Below are positions 17,366-19,789 of a stretch of DNA of 19,789 bases, one piece after another. How positions within the stretch are numbered: position 1 is the first letter of the stretch; every line of letters begins with the position of its first letter. Position numbers and translations under genes: made by a program. The stretch is from the NCBI GenBank assembly GCA_051439505.1, contig JBFRWI010000181.1, forward strand, positions 1 to 19,789, in the 5' to 3' direction. Origin of the DNA: Hormoscilla sp. (GTDB lineage: Bacteria > Cyanobacteriota > Cyanobacteriia > Cyanobacteriales > Desertifilaceae). The notes below the pieces were generated by a model, which was not told the origin of the DNA, made no database searches, and worked only from the letters and a program-made list of their open reading frames with translations.

Positions 17366-18589
17366 TTAATCTCCTCCATCCAACAGTTCCAAAACTGCCT
17401 TCGGTGACAACTTATCCTTAAACCAAACAATCTTAGCATCTGTATTCTTCACATTAACACCTGCCTTTTCCAAATTCAACCGTTCGGAAACAGCCAGAAT
17501 CAAATTATCGCATTCCGCCTTGCGCACCTGAGCAAACTTCTTCTGCAAATATTCCGGACGCCAATAGCCAACAATTTCCAGTAAAAACACGCGCCCATCG
17601 GGATGTACCAAGCGAAAGTCCGGAACCATCACGCTGCCGGGAATGGGAATTAAATCAACTTCCCTCTCTAAAACCCACTCGGTTTTCAGCTTTTCCCAGC
17701 GGTTCGCAAAAGACGCCTCTAACATGCTATCATAAGGCTTGCCGGGAGGATAATGGCTGACTAAACCACAATCAGAATTGAGACTGAAGCGACCTTTTTT
17801 CGGTTCGCCAGTGTAAAAATCGCGTGTTTGCAGGCTAGCGTACATGCTCCATCTGGTAACGTGAAGTAAAGCAGGGAGAAGTTTCGCCAGGGCCAACCCA
17901 TATCTAGTGCTAACCTTCAATAAACTCGTCGGACCATCAACGGTAATAGTAAAACCGTGGTCCGCATCACCTTCAATAAAGGCCATCAACTGAAATAGCT
18001 TCAGATAGCGAAATAAAAGTTTATATTCTCCAGGGACATTGCGGTGAGCATTCAGGGTCATCTGGGTAGCGCGGTAGAAAATCCCTTGTACTTGGGCAAG
18101 ATTATAGCGATGCAGCAAAGCTTCCGGTTCCGGCGCGTCGAACTCAGTCAAAATCCGATTTTCTGGCAAGTCCGCATACAACCCCTCCCGGATCTGAACG
18201 GGTAGCACTTCCCGCTTTAACTCCTGAGAGAGATTATCTGCGAGCATGGCCAAAGTTTTTTCCGTTGCTTGGGGACTGGGAACAACAGTGGCAGCTTGGG
18301 CAAACACCCGCTGTCGCAGCATTGGCGGTTCTAGGGGACTAACGATCTCAAAGGTGGAGAAAGCACTTTTGAGGATATGAGCAAGTCCCCGCTTGACTCT
18401 AAAATCAGGACTGTCTCCTTCCAATTCCTGTAGGCGTCTGTTTAGTTCTCCCATGCAGTTGCCAGTCAGGGATTGAAAGCAGTCGATCAATTCCGTCGCC
18501 ATACCCAAATAGCTGGCATTAATGGCCAGTCGCTTGGGGACGATCGTCTCCCCATTGTGGCGGTGACTCAGGAGATCGCTGGGTAACAT
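17366..18589 (-). CDS. DUF790 family protein (Bax1-like predicted restriction-fold endonuclease)
   Basis: LYADL, LLHRYNLAQVQG, VDGPTSL...RYG, YDSMLEASFA and a C-terminal PD-(D/E)xK-like PDF...LEIVGYWRPEYLQKK motif. Confidence 0.9.
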   Translation of the reverse strand: MLPSDLLSHRHNGETIVPKRLAINASYLGMATELIDCFQSLTGNCMGELNRRLQELEGDSPDFRVKRGLAHILKSAFSTFEIVSPLEPPMLRQRVFAQAATVVPSPQATEKTLAMLADNLSQELKREVLPVQIREGLYADLPENRILTEFDAPEPEALLHRYNLAQVQGIFYRATQMTLNAHRNVPGEYKLLFRYLKLFQLMAFIEGDADHGFTITVDGPTSLLKVSTRYGLALAKLLPALLHVTRWSMYASLQTRDFYTGEPKKGRFSLNSDCGLVSHYPPGKPYDSMLEASFANRWEKLKTEWVLEREVDLIPIPGSVMVPDFRLVHPDGRVFLLEIVGYWRPEYLQKKFAQVRKAECDNLILAVSERLNLEKAGVNVKNTDAKIVWFKDKLSPKAVLELLDGGD

Positions 18590-18592
18590 TCG

Positions 18593-18627
18593 ATGGCTAA
18601 TGGCTAATGGCTAATGGCTAATGGCTA
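18593..18627. repeat. (ATGGCTA)5 heptamer tandem repeat (STRR-like)
   Basis: Five perfect copies immediately upstream of the DUF790 start. Degenerate runs of the same unit occur near 348-372 and 18773-18798. Confidence 0.9.
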
Positions 18628-18731
18628 AATCTTACCAGATATTTACATTTATTCACCCTGGTCGGTCACTCTGTATGGTGCAATGTCACTTATCATCGGT
18701 GTTGTTGTGCAACGCCAATAATAGAATAGAG

Positions 18732-18927
18732 GGGGTTGCACATTGAGGGGATGATAGCAGCCAATTGTTAAAATTGGCTAATGGCTAATTGCTAATTGAA
18801 AAGAGTAAAGCTATCTATTCATGACGACAAATGACTATATAAATTAACCATTGACAATAGCGCTCCTGCGTCGCGCACTTCGTATAAGCAATTAGCAGCC
18901 GAAATCATCCCGTCGTTGTGCAACGCC
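18732..18927. mobile_element. MITE-like element (196 bp) with imperfect 24-bp TIRs
   Basis: GGGGTTGCACATTGAGGGGATGAT (18732-18755) matches the reverse complement of 18904-18927 (GGCGTTGCACAACGACGGGATGAT) at 20/24. A second, orphan right end lies at 18692-18716. No clear target duplication. Confidence 0.65.
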
Positions 18928-18998
18928 ATACTTATTTACTTATCTGGACATGCTGCCTCTGATTTCAGCCTCTGAGGCTCTGAAAAATAATTTAGGCT

Positions 18999-19016
18999 TG
19001 CTATAATTCAAAGGAG
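18999..19016 (+). promoter_or_regulatory. Extended -10 promoter and Shine-Dalgarno for the sulfotransferase
   Basis: TG-C-TATAAT (18999-19007) and AAGGAG (19011-19016), 7 nt before the TTG start. Confidence 0.55.
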
Positions 19017-19023
19017 TTAACTG

Positions 19024-19789
19024 TTGAACAAAAACATTACAGGACAAATTTTTATAGTGGGCTGTCCCCGTTCTGGCACCACTTTATTACAAAGCCTGCT
19101 GGGAGCGCATCCCCAGATTGCATCTTTCCCGGAATCCCACTTATTTCAGAACCTCCGCATCCGCTATTTAAGTCGCCTGCTAGGACTGGCCAACTTCAAA
19201 GGCAAGCAGCAGTTAAACTGGTTTCTGGAAAAAATTGGTCAAGAGCAACTGCAACAGCACTTACCTAAAGTACCCTTGTTCATCAGTCAGTATGTATCGG
19301 TATTTGTGGAGGCCCTAGATACGGCAACCAGACAACAAGGTAAGAGTCTGTGGGTCGAAAAATCTCCCGAACATGTTCGTTTCATTCAGTTATTTGAGCA
19401 TTTAATCCCCGAAGCCAAGTTTATCCATCTCGTCCGCAATGGCGCAGATGTGATGGCTTCCCTGTATGATGTTTCTCGCAAGCACCAGCGAGGAGATATC
19501 TGGGGCGAACCGTGGGATATTGATAAATGCATTAAGACTTGGGTAGATTCGATCGGCTTTTCTCGCAGGCATCTCCATAAAGCCAATCATATCCTGGTTC
19601 GATACGAACAGCTTGTGGCTGCTCCCACATTGGTTCTGACGGGACTCTGTGAGTTCATGGGCATTGCTTTCGATGAAGTTATGCTCAAAGATTATGGTGC
19701 GATCGCCCAGCAGGTGGTGCGGAAAGACGAGACTTGGAAAGCATCGGTTGGAGAACCGATTAGGAACGCTAATGGCAAGAAGTTCTATG
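19024..19789 (+). CDS. PAPS-dependent sulfotransferase (3' truncated by the window; missing from the ORF track)
   Basis: TTG start; IFIVGCPRSGTTLLQSLLGAHPQI (5'-PSB loop), WVEKSPEH, KFIHLVRNGADVMAS (3'-PB motif) and VRYEQLV. The frame is open to the window end. Confidence 0.92.
   Translation, partial: MNKNITGQIFIVGCPRSGTTLLQSLLGAHPQIASFPESHLFQNLRIRYLSRLLGLANFKGKQQLNWFLEKIGQEQLQQHLPKVPLFISQYVSVFVEALDTATRQQGKSLWVEKSPEHVRFIQLFEHLIPEAKFIHLVRNGADVMASLYDVSRKHQRGDIWGEPWDIDKCIKTWVDSIGFSRRHLHKANHILVRYEQLVAAPTLVLTGLCEFMGIAFDEVMLKDYGAIAQQVVRKDETWKASVGEPIRNANGKKFY

Noticed and set aside
19386..19590. Two short minus-strand ORFs
   Set aside because: They are antisense shadows of the sulfotransferase gene.

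Overview
Cyanobacterial chromosomal window, probably from a filamentous (Oscillatoriales-like) strain. This is inferred from the dense HIP1 octamer GCGATCGC, heptamer tandem repeats and cyanobacteria-type dispersed repeats. The core is a glycosylation/surface-modification island. It has two giant modular TPR-glycosyltransferases (2278 aa with four TPR+GT-B modules; 1522 aa with two such modules plus a C-terminal GT4 domain), an FkbM methyltransferase, a GT2-FkbM fusion, a frameshifted class I SAM methyltransferase and a 3'-truncated sulfotransferase that the ORF track misses. Flanking genes encode an FHA protein, a DUF790 nuclease, a DUF6887-like protein with a decayed DUF6888-like partner, and the tail of a Ca-binding-repeat surface protein. 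Three things stand out. (1) Small REP-like hairpin elements sit in frame at the same linker in five of the six GT-B modules; one 27-nt family shows compensatory base changes and has identical intergenic copies. (2) An unannotated ~210-nt promoter-to-terminator structured transcript is predicted at about 519-729. (3) A nested MITE-in-repeat-in-MITE element lies at 8871-9191. Family names are from motif recognition by eye; no searches were run.
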